Below are positions 29,554 through 38,810 of a DNA stretch of 64,000 bases, in pieces (positions within the stretch are counted from its first letter, which is position 1; each line of letters starts with the position of its first letter). A model generated the notes under the pieces. The model did not search any database, was not told the DNA's origin, and was given only the letters and a program-made list of their open reading frames with translations. The stretch comes from Alphaproteobacteria bacterium (GTDB taxonomy: Bacteria > Pseudomonadota > Alphaproteobacteria > Bin95). The position numbers and the translations under genes were made by a program. Where the stretch lies: assembly GCA_963665325.3 (NCBI GenBank), contig CAXXWS020000003.1, positions 544,001 through 608,000 of the forward strand. The letters are read 5' to 3'.

Positions 29554-29898
29554 ATGATTGAAATGTCGGTTAGGTGGAACTACTGGACAGGGCACATCAG
29601 TCAAGTTGACGAGACTTTGCGCCGAGCACTGGGCGCATATGCACGACATAGTTCAGAGTTCAAAATCGGTCTCACGAGCGACCCCGAAGCAAGATGGAGG
29701 GCATACCGGGCGCAGGGTTGGCGCGAAATGATAGTTATCTACCAAACAACATCTGCAACCTATGTTGGCCGAGTAGAGGATCACCTGATTCAGCATGGAC
29801 AGAGAAGGCACATGGATAAATCATGGAACCAAAACAGAGGAGGGGGCGGCCTGCGACAGGGGTATCTAAACTACTATGTTTATGTGGTCTTATATTGA
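29554..29898 (+). CDS. low-GC hypothetical protein, possible circularly permuted GIY-YIG nuclease
   Basis: 114 aa; FKIGLTSDPEAR, VEDHLI, WNQNRGGG, C-terminal YYVYVV; visibly AT-richer than its neighbours. Confidence 0.6.
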   Translation: MIEMSVRWNYWTGHISQVDETLRRALGAYARHSSEFKIGLTSDPEARWRAYRAQGWREMIVIYQTTSATYVGRVEDHLIQHGQRRHMDKSWNQNRGGGGLRQGYLNYYVYVVLY

Positions 29899-29919
29899 AA
29901 CCCCCACAAGGCGGACCCC

Positions 29920-30708
29920 ATGACCGGCGAGACGGCCCTTTACGAACGCGACGGTGCGATCGTCACAATCACGCTGAATCGGCCCGAGAAGCTCAATGCC
30001 TTCGACGATGCTGCGGTGGAAGCGCTGTCGGAGGCGCTGGCCCGTTTTGACACCGACCCCGACGCCAATGTGGCGGTCCTGCACGGGGCAGGGCGCGCCT
30101 TTTCCACCGGGGCGGACGTGCTGCGCCGGCAGCTGCGGCCGCGCGAGGAGCTGGAACGGTTCGGCGGCCCCCAGGGCCGCGGGGCTGATTCCGGGCGGCT
30201 GTTCGTCCATGCCGTCAACTGGAAGCCGGTGGTCGCCGCTGTGCATGGCTACGTCATGGGGCTCGCGGTCGGCATTGCGCTCGACTGCGACCTGCTGGTG
30301 GCCGAGGCGGGCACCCGCTTCCAGATCACCGAGACCTCGCGCGGGCTCGGCGGCTCGGTCTATTGGGGGCTGATGCGGCTGCGGGGCGCGGGCGCCTTCG
30401 GCGACGAGGTGGCGCTGACCGGCCGTTGGTTCACGGCAGAGGAGGCCGCGGCAGCCGGCGCCATCAACCGGCTGGCGCCTGCCGGGGGCCATCTCGAAGC
30501 CGCCCGCGAGCTTGCGGAGATGCTGAACGCCAACCCTCCCTTGAGCGTGCGTTCCACCGTGCGGGCGCGCCGGCGGGAGATTGCGCGGGTGCGCTCCGAA
30601 CTCTTCGCCGCGGCGCAGCCGGAACGGCTCTATCTCACCGAGGACTTCCACGAGGCGGCGCTCGCCTTCAAGGAAAAGCGCGCGCCCGGACCGTTCAGGG
30701 GCCGGTAG
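29920..30708 (+). CDS. enoyl-CoA hydratase/isomerase family protein
   Basis: 'ITLNRPEKLNA', 'FSTGAD', 'KPVVAAVHGYVMG'. Confidence 0.92.
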   Translation: MTGETALYERDGAIVTITLNRPEKLNAFDDAAVEALSEALARFDTDPDANVAVLHGAGRAFSTGADVLRRQLRPREELERFGGPQGRGADSGRLFVHAVNWKPVVAAVHGYVMGLAVGIALDCDLLVAEAGTRFQITETSRGLGGSVYWGLMRLRGAGAFGDEVALTGRWFTAEEAAAAGAINRLAPAGGHLEAARELAEMLNANPPLSVRSTVRARRREIARVRSELFAAAQPERLYLTEDFHEAALAFKEKRAPGPFRGR

Positions 30709-31555
30709 GCGGGGGTTCCAGACCCTCCAGGACCGGGCGGAAGCCGATCAGGATGTGCTTGAGCGCGGCCGGGCGGCTGTGGCGGGCAGCCGGGCGGCAG
30801 ACGCCGCAGCCGCTGTCGTCCCAGGAGCCGCCCTTGACCAGGAAACGCCCGGACCGGGCCTCGGTCGCGGTCCACTCGAAGACCTGGCCGGCGGCGTCCA
30901 GCAGGCCGAAATGCGAGGCGCTTTCGGGGAACTGCCCGACCGGCAGCGTGTCGAACGGCCCGCCGTCATGGCTGTTGAGGCGCTCGGACGCGAATTCGTC
31001 GCCCCAGGGGAAATGGCGGCCATCCGCGCCGCGCGCGGCCTTCTCCCATTCGAGCTCGGTCGGCAGCCGCCAGATCCGCCCGGTGCGCTCCGAGAGCCAT
31101 TCCGTGTAGGCCCGCGCATCTTCGTGCGTGACCAGCACGACGGGGTGCGCCTCCCGGCCCTCGGGCGGGCGGCCGCCGATCCAGGCGTGGCGGCGGGTGC
31201 GGGGATATGGGTGGATCAGGCCGTAGCCCTTCCAGGTTTCGGCATCGACATCGGGCGCCTTGTGCCCTGTCTCGGCGACGAAGGCCGTATATTGCGCATT
31301 GGTGACGGGCGTGCGGGCGATCCGGAAGCCCGGCAGGCTCAGCGTCCGGCGCTCGCGCTCGCCGTCATACCAGCCCTGCTTGCGGGTGACCGAATGGCCG
31401 TAAGCGGCTTCGTCCAGCCGGTAAGCGGCCTCGCGCTCTGCTGCACCCGAGCCGGCGATGAACGCCCCTGCCGGTACCGGGACCGTTTCCGGCAGGTCCG
31501 CGGCTGCCGTTCCGCAGGCCGCCAGAACCAGTGCTCCCGCTAGCGCAACTCGCAT
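30695..31555 (-). CDS. secreted FGE-sulfatase-domain (SUMF1/EgtB/PvdO) protein
   Basis: Signal peptide; 'TPVTNAQY', 'HPVV.V...DARAY', 'RLPTELEWEKAARG', 'FPWG', 'GQVFEW', 'KGGSW', 'IGFR'. Confidence 0.92.
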   Translation of the reverse strand: MRVALAGALVLAACGTAAADLPETVPVPAGAFIAGSGAAEREAAYRLDEAAYGHSVTRKQGWYDGERERRTLSLPGFRIARTPVTNAQYTAFVAETGHKAPDVDAETWKGYGLIHPYPRTRRHAWIGGRPPEGREAHPVVLVTHEDARAYTEWLSERTGRIWRLPTELEWEKAARGADGRHFPWGDEFASERLNSHDGGPFDTLPVGQFPESASHFGLLDAAGQVFEWTATEARSGRFLVKGGSWDDSGCGVCRPAARHSRPAALKHILIGFRPVLEGLEPPPTGP

Positions 31556-31732
31556 CTCTTCGCCCCTTCGATGGACAGGCGAGCCTTCTTGAGCGCCGCG
31601 CGCAAGGCCCGCTCACGCAGTTGTGACCGGGACCGTCCATTCTTCCGGGCCGCCATATCGGTTAGCATCGAAGCAGGCGATTTCCGGATCGTCCTGAGCA
31701 TTATCGGGAAAACCAAAATCGGGAGAACTGCC

Positions 31733-32044
31733 ATGAAATCCTATAGGGCCCGCCTGCTTTCCACGGCGGTCATCGGTGTTGGCATGGCTGTCGGCGCCGT
31801 CGGCGCGGCAAGCCTCGCCGGCACGGCCTACGCCGCCTGCAAGCCCGCCGCTTGCGCGTGCAACCCCTGCAAGCCGGAATGTGTGTGCAACCCCTGCAAG
31901 CCCGCCTGCGGCGCATGCAATCCCTGCAAGCCCGCCTGCGGCGCGTGCAACCCGTGCAAGCCCGCTTGCGGCGCGTGCAATCCGTGCAAGCCCAAGAAGG
32001 CCGCCTGCGGCGCTTGCAACCCCTGCAAGCCCAAGAGCAACTAA
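31733..32044 (+). CDS. secreted Cys-rich repeat mini-protein (6 x CNPCKP)
   Basis: GGAGA RBS; Sec-type signal ending in AYA; mature ~69 aa with 19 Cys; synonymous variation among the 30-bp repeat units; own terminator. Confidence 0.88.
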   Translation: MKSYRARLLSTAVIGVGMAVGAVGAASLAGTAYAACKPAACACNPCKPECVCNPCKPACGACNPCKPACGACNPCKPACGACNPCKPKKAACGACNPCKPKSN

Positions 32045-32090
32045 GCCCGAACGGGCCGCGGCCGGCTCACCAGCCGGCCGCACCTTCCGT

Positions 32091-32123
32091 GGCCGCGGCG
32101 CAGAAATGCGCCGCGGCCTTTTT
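32091..32123 (+). terminator. rho-independent terminator of the Cys-rich gene
   Basis: ggccgcggcgca-gaaa-tgcgccgcggcc 12-bp stem followed by ttttt. Confidence 0.85.
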
Positions 32124-32677
32124 CATGCGGCGTCGGAAATCGCCTGCGCTTCCGGCTCCAGATCCAGCTGGAGGGCGTCGTTGAAGCGGTTGAATGCCCC
32201 GCAGAGCGCGATCCGCCACGTCAGTTCGACGATCTGCTCCTCGCTGAAATGCGCTTTCAGCCGTTCGAGAATCCCGTCGCGGATGCCCCCGGCGCGGTCG
32301 TTGACCTGGACGGCGTACTCGACCACCAGGCGGTCGATATCGTCGAGTTCCGGGTGGTTTTCCGGGTCGTCCAGCAGGATGGCGACCCCGGCGGCGCTCA
32401 TTCCCTCAACAGCCAGCATCGGTCCGTGATGGGCCACGCAATAGTCGCAGGCATTGCGCTGCGAGACCGCGACCAGCGCCAGCTCCAGATAGCGGCGCGG
32501 CAGCACGGCTTCCCGGCGCAGCGCCGTCAGCAGGCCGAACGTGTGCTCCAGAATGGGCGGCCGCCGGCCGAGCGCGCCCACCAGGCTGGCGAACGGCCCG
32601 TAGGAAGCTGCATCGTCCACAAGCGGATGCAGGGCGGGCGGCAGGTCTTCTCGTGCGGCATAGGCGATGCGGGCCAT
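32123..32677 (-). CDS. carboxymuconolactone decarboxylase / AhpD-family protein
   Basis: 'ELALVAVSQRNACDYCVAHH' CxxC motif, 'FSEEQIVEL', 'NRFNDAL'. Confidence 0.9.
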   Translation of the reverse strand: MARIAYAAREDLPPALHPLVDDAASYGPFASLVGALGRRPPILEHTFGLLTALRREAVLPRRYLELALVAVSQRNACDYCVAHHGPMLAVEGMSAAGVAILLDDPENHPELDDIDRLVVEYAVQVNDRAGGIRDGILERLKAHFSEEQIVELTWRIALCGAFNRFNDALQLDLEPEAQAISDAA

Positions 32678-32691
32678 GGGCGGCACCTCCG

Positions 32692-34785
32692 TCAGGCGAT
32701 GTCGATGACAATGTTCCCGTAGTCGTCCAGCCACGCGGAATCTTCCGGCGGGACGAGGCAGGTGGCGTCGTATTCCTCAACGATGACCGGGCCCGGTGTT
32801 GCGTCCCGGCCGAGATCGCCGCGCGCCAGCACTGCCGCCTCACGCCATCCGTGCTCGCGGCCGAACCATGCGCGGCGGCTGCGGGCCTCGCCTGAGGGCG
32901 CGGGCGGCGGGGGCGGCGGCGTCCGGTCATGGGAGAGGCCGCGCCCGACGACCTGCGCGGTCATCAGCTCCACCGGCTCCTCCGGCCCGGCCCGGTGGCC
33001 GTAGGTGCGTTCGTGTTCGACGCCGAATGCCTCCTCCAGGGCGGCAATCCACGCCGCGTCCACCCGGCCCGGCGGCGCGGCGACCTGGAGTTCGAAGATC
33101 TGGCCGTGATAGTGGAGCTGGGCGCTGCGCGCGAGCGTTCGCCGGTCCGGCGGGATGCCGTCGGCTTCGAGCTGTTCGTTCGCCTCCGCCTCCAGCGCGG
33201 CCCATGCGGCTTCGAGTTCTGCCGGGTCGGCTCCGCGCAGGATGCGCCGATGCGCGTGGGAGTAGTGGTGTTCGACGTCGGCATGGAGCAGGCCGAAAGA
33301 CGAGAACAGCCCCGGCGACGGCGGCACCAGCACCCGCTTAATGGCAAGTTCGCGCGCCATGCCTGCGGCGAAAAGCGGCCCGTTGCCGCCGAAGGCGAAC
33401 AGCGCATAGTCGCGCGGGTCGCGCCCGCGCTCCGAAGAGACGGCGCGGATGGCGCGGATCATGTTCGAGGCGGCGATGCGGTGGGCGCCCAGCGCCGCAT
33501 CTTCAGGCGCGAGCCCCATCGGACCCGCGATGCAGCGCTCGAAGGCCTTCCGTGCTGCCTCGAAATCGAGCTTGAGCGCGCCGCCGACAAGATGGCCCGG
33601 ATTGAGGTATCCGAGCAGCAGGTTGGAGTCGGTGAGGGTCGGTTCGGTTCCGCCCGCGCCGTAGCAGACCGGTCCCGGATCGGCGCCCGCGCTTTCCGGC
33701 CCGACCTGGAGGGCGCCGGCGGCGTCCAGGCGGAGCAGCGAACCGCCCCCGGCGCCGACTTCCGCGAGGTCGATGGCCGGCGTCTTGACGACATAACCGG
33801 CGCCGGTCATCAGCCGCGAGCCGGCGATAACTCCGGCGCCCACGCTGAATTCGAGCGCGCGCGAGACTTCGCCGCGCTCGACGATGGACGCCTTGGCCGT
33901 GGTGCCGCCCATGTCGAAGGTAAGGACATTTTCGAGGCCGACGGCCTGGGCCAGTGCCTGCGCCCCGATCACCCCGCCGGCAGGGCCGGATTCGACAATG
34001 TGCATGGGCAGGCTGCGCGCCGCCTGGGAAGGCATGAGCCCGCCACTCGACTGCATCAACAGCAGCGGCGCGCGGGTGCCTATGCCGGCAAAACCCTCTT
34101 CCAGCCCTGCCAGATACCGCGAGACCACCGGCTTCAGGCACGCATTCACCACCGTTGTGGAGGTGCGTTCGTATTCCTTCGCCTCGGGCAGCACGCGGTG
34201 GCTTACGCTGGTTTCGATTTCAGGCGCGAGGCGCTCGATGATTTCGGCGACAATTTGTTCATGCGCGGGGTTGGCGTAGCTGTGCAGCAGCGCCACGGCG
34301 ATGGCCTCGACGCCCTCGTCCAGCAGACGCCGGACCGCCGCTTCCGCGTCGTCGGGGTCGAGCGGCGCCTGGACCTTGCCCTCATGGGTCATGCGCTCGG
34401 CGACCGTGCGGCGCAGATAGCGCGGCACGAGGGGCGGCGGCTTCTGCCAGGCGATGTCGTAGAGGCGCGGCATGCGCAGATTGCGGATCTCCAGGATGTC
34501 GCGGAAGCCGTCGGTGGCGATCAGCCCGGTTTTCGCGCCCTTGCCTTCGAGGATGGCGTTGGAGGCCACCGTGGTGCCGTGGCGCAGCTCGGCGATGTCT
34601 TCGCCCGCGAACGCGCCTTCCCCGATCAGCCCGGCCAGCGCCTCGACGATGGCGCGGGCGTAGTTGTCCACGGAGGAGGAGACCTTGCGGGTCAGCAGCT
34701 GGCCGCTCCCGTCGAGACAGACGATGTCGGTAAAGGTGCCGCCGATGTCGATTCCGAGGCGCCAGCGGGCTTCAGCGTTTTTCAT
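32692..34785 (-). CDS. hydantoinase/oxoprolinase family, A (ATP-binding) subunit
   Basis: 'GIDIGGTFTD', 'HGTTVASNA', 'ESGPAGG', 'DMGGTT', 'GPESAGADPGP'. Confidence 0.94.
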   Translation of the reverse strand: MKNAEARWRLGIDIGGTFTDIVCLDGSGQLLTRKVSSSVDNYARAIVEALAGLIGEGAFAGEDIAELRHGTTVASNAILEGKGAKTGLIATDGFRDILEIRNLRMPRLYDIAWQKPPPLVPRYLRRTVAERMTHEGKVQAPLDPDDAEAAVRRLLDEGVEAIAVALLHSYANPAHEQIVAEIIERLAPEIETSVSHRVLPEAKEYERTSTTVVNACLKPVVSRYLAGLEEGFAGIGTRAPLLLMQSSGGLMPSQAARSLPMHIVESGPAGGVIGAQALAQAVGLENVLTFDMGGTTAKASIVERGEVSRALEFSVGAGVIAGSRLMTGAGYVVKTPAIDLAEVGAGGGSLLRLDAAGALQVGPESAGADPGPVCYGAGGTEPTLTDSNLLLGYLNPGHLVGGALKLDFEAARKAFERCIAGPMGLAPEDAALGAHRIAASNMIRAIRAVSSERGRDPRDYALFAFGGNGPLFAAGMARELAIKRVLVPPSPGLFSSFGLLHADVEHHYSHAHRRILRGADPAELEAAWAALEAEANEQLEADGIPPDRRTLARSAQLHYHGQIFELQVAAPPGRVDAAWIAALEEAFGVEHERTYGHRAGPEEPVELMTAQVVGRGLSHDRTPPPPPPAPSGEARSRRAWFGREHGWREAAVLARGDLGRDATPGPVIVEEYDATCLVPPEDSAWLDDYGNIVIDIA

Positions 34786-34952
34786 ATGTCGTCGCTCTCG
34801 TCGGGATTTACCCGGGGCCGGGGCGCGTTCGCGCGCCGCCGATTCTTGTCATCATGGATAGCCGCCGGGTCATAGCGGATGCAGGGTAGCAACGGATCCC
34901 GGGGCCGTCACCCGGCGCCCGGCCGAAAACGGGTTATCCGTGCTGCAGGCTG

Positions 34953-35855
34953 CTACTCGCTTCGTTCGAGGGCGGTCTCGCGCACCGTCTGCACAAGCCG
35001 GCGAAACGGCGGCAGTTCCTCGGCCGAGCGGCGTACGACATAGCCGGACCGGTAGCGGCAGAGGCCGAACTCGACCGGAAGGGGCCGGAGGAACTGTCCG
35101 GGGAGTCGTTCGAGGAAGGAGAACGGCAGCAAGGCAAGATAGGGCCCGCCGTTCAGGATGGACAGGCAGGCGCTCCCGCTTTGCACGACGATTTTCGCGC
35201 GGATGTCCGTGGCCTGGTAGAGCCGGTCGAGTAGGCTGGCCAGGGGTGGCTCGCGGGAGAAATCAATCCAGGGACAGCGGGCGAGGTCTCCGTCGGAGAT
35301 GTCCCGGGAGAAGAGCGGGTGGTCGCGCCAGGCGACGATTCCCGCGGTCACGTCCAGAAAACGTTCCCGCCTGAGCGACGCATGCAGAAGCTCGCCAATG
35401 TCGATGCCGCCGCAATGCAGGTCGCTTTCGCCGTCGGCGAGTTGCCGGAGCCCCTCGGCGCGGCTGGCCATGTCGACCCTGATATCGATCCCCGGACTAT
35501 CTTCGTGGAAGCGGGCAAGGGCTGCGGGCAGTACGGTTTCAGTCCATGTCGGGCTGGCGGTGATACGGAAGCTGCCCGTCCGCCCCGACCGGGCGGCGCT
35601 CAAAGCCTCTTCGGCAGCTTCGATCTCGCCCAGGATTCGCCGCGCGAGAATGTTGACGGTGGCGCCCAGCGCGGTCAGGCGCACACCGTGCGGCAGGCGT
35701 TCGAAGAGCCGGCCTCCGAGCTGGCGCTCGAGCCGTGCGACAACGCGGGTGAGCGCAGGCTGGGTGATCGCCAGCCTGTCGGCCGCGGTGGCTATTCTTC
35801 CTGCTTCGACAACGGCAAGAAATCGGACAAGGTCGCTGCGCTTCTCGAACATCAT
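34953..35855 (-). CDS. LysR-family transcriptional regulator
   Basis: 'FLAVVEAGRIATAADRLAITQPALTR..ARLERQLG..LFER' HTH; 300 aa. Confidence 0.92.
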   Translation of the reverse strand: MMFEKRSDLVRFLAVVEAGRIATAADRLAITQPALTRVVARLERQLGGRLFERLPHGVRLTALGATVNILARRILGEIEAAEEALSAARSGRTGSFRITASPTWTETVLPAALARFHEDSPGIDIRVDMASRAEGLRQLADGESDLHCGGIDIGELLHASLRRERFLDVTAGIVAWRDHPLFSRDISDGDLARCPWIDFSREPPLASLLDRLYQATDIRAKIVVQSGSACLSILNGGPYLALLPFSFLERLPGQFLRPLPVEFGLCRYRSGYVVRRSAEELPPFRRLVQTVRETALERSE

Positions 35856-36055
35856 CGCCGTTCAGCGCGTGTTCCGGATCGAAAAATGTCGTAGCAGAAA
35901 GAGCATCGATAGTTGTGCCGATCGGCTTCGTGCCCGCGCGCCGGTCGGCAGACTGGGGGGAAGGACCATCGCCAACATCCCGATACGGCGCACAATGAGA
36001 CCGATTGAGTAAAGGACAGGAAACGGGAATGAAAATGCTGTTAGGAGGAAAATCC

Positions 36056-36070
36056 ATGCCGGAAGGGCAT
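36056..36070. promoter_or_regulatory. putative LysR recognition site (T-N11-A)
   Basis: ATGCC-ggaag-GGCAT palindrome ~200 bp upstream of the LysR start. Confidence 0.45.
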
Positions 36071-36306
36071 AGGCATTGCAGCGAATCTTTCATGCGACAG
36101 CAGCCTCGCCTTGTTGACCCGAGACAAGCCGCTCCGGCGCAGCACCGCCGCGTCGGGCGACGGTTGCGCCGTGCGCTCAATTGCCGGTCAGGACGCTGCA
36201 TCCGGGGCTATCCGGGACGCAGGTAGTGTCAGGGACTCCATTGCGGCCGGCGCCGGTCCGCGACCTCGCGCCCGCCGGCTGCGAACCGGCCCGCTGGCGG
36301 GCGCGG

Positions 36307-37068
36307 TCAGCCGCGCATAGCTTCGAAGCCTGCCCTGGCAGCCTGCTGCAACAGGCTCGCATCGGTGCCGTAGCAGATGAAATCGACGCCCTCGCCGATC
36401 AGGCGGCTGCCTTCCTCCGGCGACCCCACCAGGCGCCCGATGCCTTTGCCGGCCGCATGCGCCGCCGCGACGATGCGCCGGTGGGCATTCACGAAATCCG
36501 GGTGGTCGAACGCGCCCGGCACGCCCAGGCTGCAGCTCAGGTCGAAATGGCCGATCCAGAGCAGGTCCACCTGCGGCAGGGCGGCGATGGCCTCGACATT
36601 CTCCACACCCTCCGCCGTCTCGATCAGCGGGATGCAGACCGTGCGGGCGTTGGCGGCGGCAAGCGCTTCTGCGGGCGGGCCGGCGGCATAGCGGTCGTGC
36701 GCAATGCCGAGTGCCACGCCGCGCACCCCGTCCGGCGGATATTTCATGTAGCCCGCAAGCTCGCGGACCTCATCGGCGGACCCGGCCATCGGCAGCAGCA
36801 GGCCTTCCGCGCCGGCGTCGAGCGCGGTCGCGATGTCGGGATAGGTCTTGCCCGCCCGGCGCACGAAATGCGGCATGCCGGCGGCTTCGAGATAGCGCAG
36901 GATGCGCTTCAGCCCCTCGATGCCGATGCCGCTATGCTCGCAATCGACGAAGACGAAGTCCGCCCCCGCCGCCCGGTAGATATGGCCGATGCCGGGGCTC
37001 TCGAACTCCATGATGCAGGCTCCGAGCTTGACGTCCCGGTGGCCGGCCATTTCTTTCAGGCTCGCCAT
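36307..37068 (-). CDS. HpcH/HpaI class II aldolase family protein
   Basis: 'DFVFVDCEH', 'YPPDGVRG', 'IETAEGVENVEAIAA', 'IGHFDLS'. Confidence 0.92.
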   Translation of the reverse strand: MASLKEMAGHRDVKLGACIMEFESPGIGHIYRAAGADFVFVDCEHSGIGIEGLKRILRYLEAAGMPHFVRRAGKTYPDIATALDAGAEGLLLPMAGSADEVRELAGYMKYPPDGVRGVALGIAHDRYAAGPPAEALAAANARTVCIPLIETAEGVENVEAIAALPQVDLLWIGHFDLSCSLGVPGAFDHPDFVNAHRRIVAAAHAAGKGIGRLVGSPEEGSRLIGEGVDFICYGTDASLLQQAARAGFEAMRG

Positions 37069-37142
37069 AGCGGCTCCGTTTGTTGCAGGCTTGTGCGCTA
37101 CGCTATCCCGGAAGCCGGGACGAGGAAAAGACAGGAGAAGCC

Positions 37143-37892
37143 ATGACGGCGCAGTACGACTTCACGAACCAGGCAGCCATAGTCACGGGCGGTGCGCGCG
37201 GCATCGGCCTCGCGATTGCACACCGCCTCCACCGCGACGGCGCGGCGGTCGCGGTCTGGGACATGGATGCGGCAGCGGGCGAGGTGGCGGCGGCCGAACT
37301 CGGCGAGCGCGCGGCGTCCTTCGTCGTCGACGTGACGGACTATGCTGCCGTGGAGGCTGCGCTCGCGGCCACCGAATCCCGGCTCGGCCCGGTCTCGATC
37401 CTCTGCAACAATGCCGGCATCGCCGGACCTGCCGGGCCCGCCTGGGACTATCCGCTAGAGGATTGGCACGCCGTCATCGACCTCGACCTGAACGGCGTTT
37501 ACTACGGGTGCCGCGCCGTCCTGCCGGGGATGATGGCGCGCGGCTACGGGCGCGTCGTCAACACGGCCTCCATCGCCGGCAAGGAAGGCAACGCCAACGC
37601 GGCCGCCTACAGCGCCGCCAAGGCGGCCGTCATCGGGCTTACGAAGTCGCTCGGCAAGGAGACGGTCGCCACCGGCGTGCTGGTCAACTGCGTCGCCCCG
37701 GCGGCGGTCGAGACGGACATCTTCAAGCAGATCACGGAAGCGCACATCGAGATGATGCGCTCCAAGATCCCGATGGGCCGCTTCGGCACCGTGGACGAAG
37801 TCGCCAACATCGTCGCCTGGCTCTGTTCGTCGGAGTGCAGCTTCCAGACCGGCGCCGTCTTCGACGTCTCCGGCGGCCGCGCGACCTATTGA
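37143..37892 (+). CDS. short-chain dehydrogenase/reductase
   Basis: TGGARGIG, NNAG, YSAAK. Confidence 0.94.
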   Translation: MTAQYDFTNQAAIVTGGARGIGLAIAHRLHRDGAAVAVWDMDAAAGEVAAAELGERAASFVVDVTDYAAVEAALAATESRLGPVSILCNNAGIAGPAGPAWDYPLEDWHAVIDLDLNGVYYGCRAVLPGMMARGYGRVVNTASIAGKEGNANAAAYSAAKAAVIGLTKSLGKETVATGVLVNCVAPAAVETDIFKQITEAHIEMMRSKIPMGRFGTVDEVANIVAWLCSSECSFQTGAVFDVSGGRATY

Positions 37893-37923
37893 GGCGAAGC
37901 CGGGAGGGAGCCTCCTCGCCTCC

Positions 37924-38703
37924 TCAGCGGTGCTGCCAGACCGGCTCGCGCTTGGCGATGAAGGCGTCGACGCCTTCTTCCGCGTCGCGCATCTCCATGT
38001 TCGCCGCGATGACGCCGCTGGTGTAGTCGTAGGCTTCGTCCAGCCCCATTTCGAGCTGACGGTAGAAGGCTTCCTTGCCGATCTTGACCACGGCGCCCGA
38101 CTTGCCGGCGATCTTCGTTGCCAGCGCCTGCGTTTCGGCTTCGAGCGCGGCTGCGGGCACGACCCGGTTGACGAGCCCGAACCGCCAGGCCGTCTCCGCG
38201 TCCATCAGGTCGCCGGTCAGCAGCATCTCCATGGCATGCTTGCGCGAGACCGCGCGCGAGAGCGCGACCATCGGCGTCGAGCAGAAGAGGCCGATATTGA
38301 CGCCGGGTGTCGCAAACCGCGCTTCCTCGCTCGCAACGGCAAGGTCGCAGCTTGCGACGAGCTGGCAGCCGGCCGCGGTCGCAATGCCGTGGACGCGTGC
38401 GATCACCGGCTGGGGCTGGCGTACGATGCGCGTCATCAGCGCGCTGCATTCGGCGAACAGGATGTCGTAGAAGGCGCGGTCCGGCGTGGCGCGAATTTCC
38501 TTCAGGTCGTGCCCGGCGCAATAGCCGGGGCCGTTGGCGGCGATTATCACCGCACGCACCGAGCGGTCCTGCCCGATGGCGTCCAGAGCGCCGGACAGCG
38601 CGGCGAGCATCGGGCGGGAGAGCGCGTTGCGCTGCTCCGGCCGGTTGAGGGTAAGCGTGGCGACGCCGTTCTGGTCGTCGCGCAGCAGGATCGATTCGCT
38701 CAT
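37924..38703 (-). CDS. enoyl-CoA hydratase family protein
   Basis: 'LTLNRPEQRNALS', 'CAGHDLKE', 'ATAAGCQLVASCDLA', 'ATPGVNIGLFCSTP'. Confidence 0.93.
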   Translation of the reverse strand: MSESILLRDDQNGVATLTLNRPEQRNALSRPMLAALSGALDAIGQDRSVRAVIIAANGPGYCAGHDLKEIRATPDRAFYDILFAECSALMTRIVRQPQPVIARVHGIATAAGCQLVASCDLAVASEEARFATPGVNIGLFCSTPMVALSRAVSRKHAMEMLLTGDLMDAETAWRFGLVNRVVPAAALEAETQALATKIAGKSGAVVKIGKEAFYRQLEMGLDEAYDYTSGVIAANMEMRDAEEGVDAFIAKREPVWQHR

Positions 38704-38749
38704 CGGTTCGGTCTCCCGCGCAGCCGGAACACCCGCGACGCCTCGCGCA

Positions 38750-38777
38750 TTGACAGGCGCTGCGGTGCGGTTATGTT
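38750..38777 (+). promoter_or_regulatory. sigma70-type promoter of rplM-rpsI
   Basis: TTGACA (38750-38755), 16-nt spacer, TATGTT (38772-38777). Confidence 0.6.
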
Positions 38778-38810
38778 GCGCCGCCGTCTCGCTCCAGTGA
38801 AGAGGGACAG

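Noticed and set aside
31840-32035. 30-bp tandem repeats as a possible CRISPR array
   Set aside because: Units are adjacent without unique spacers, vary at synonymous positions and encode the Cys-rich protein; no cas genes present.
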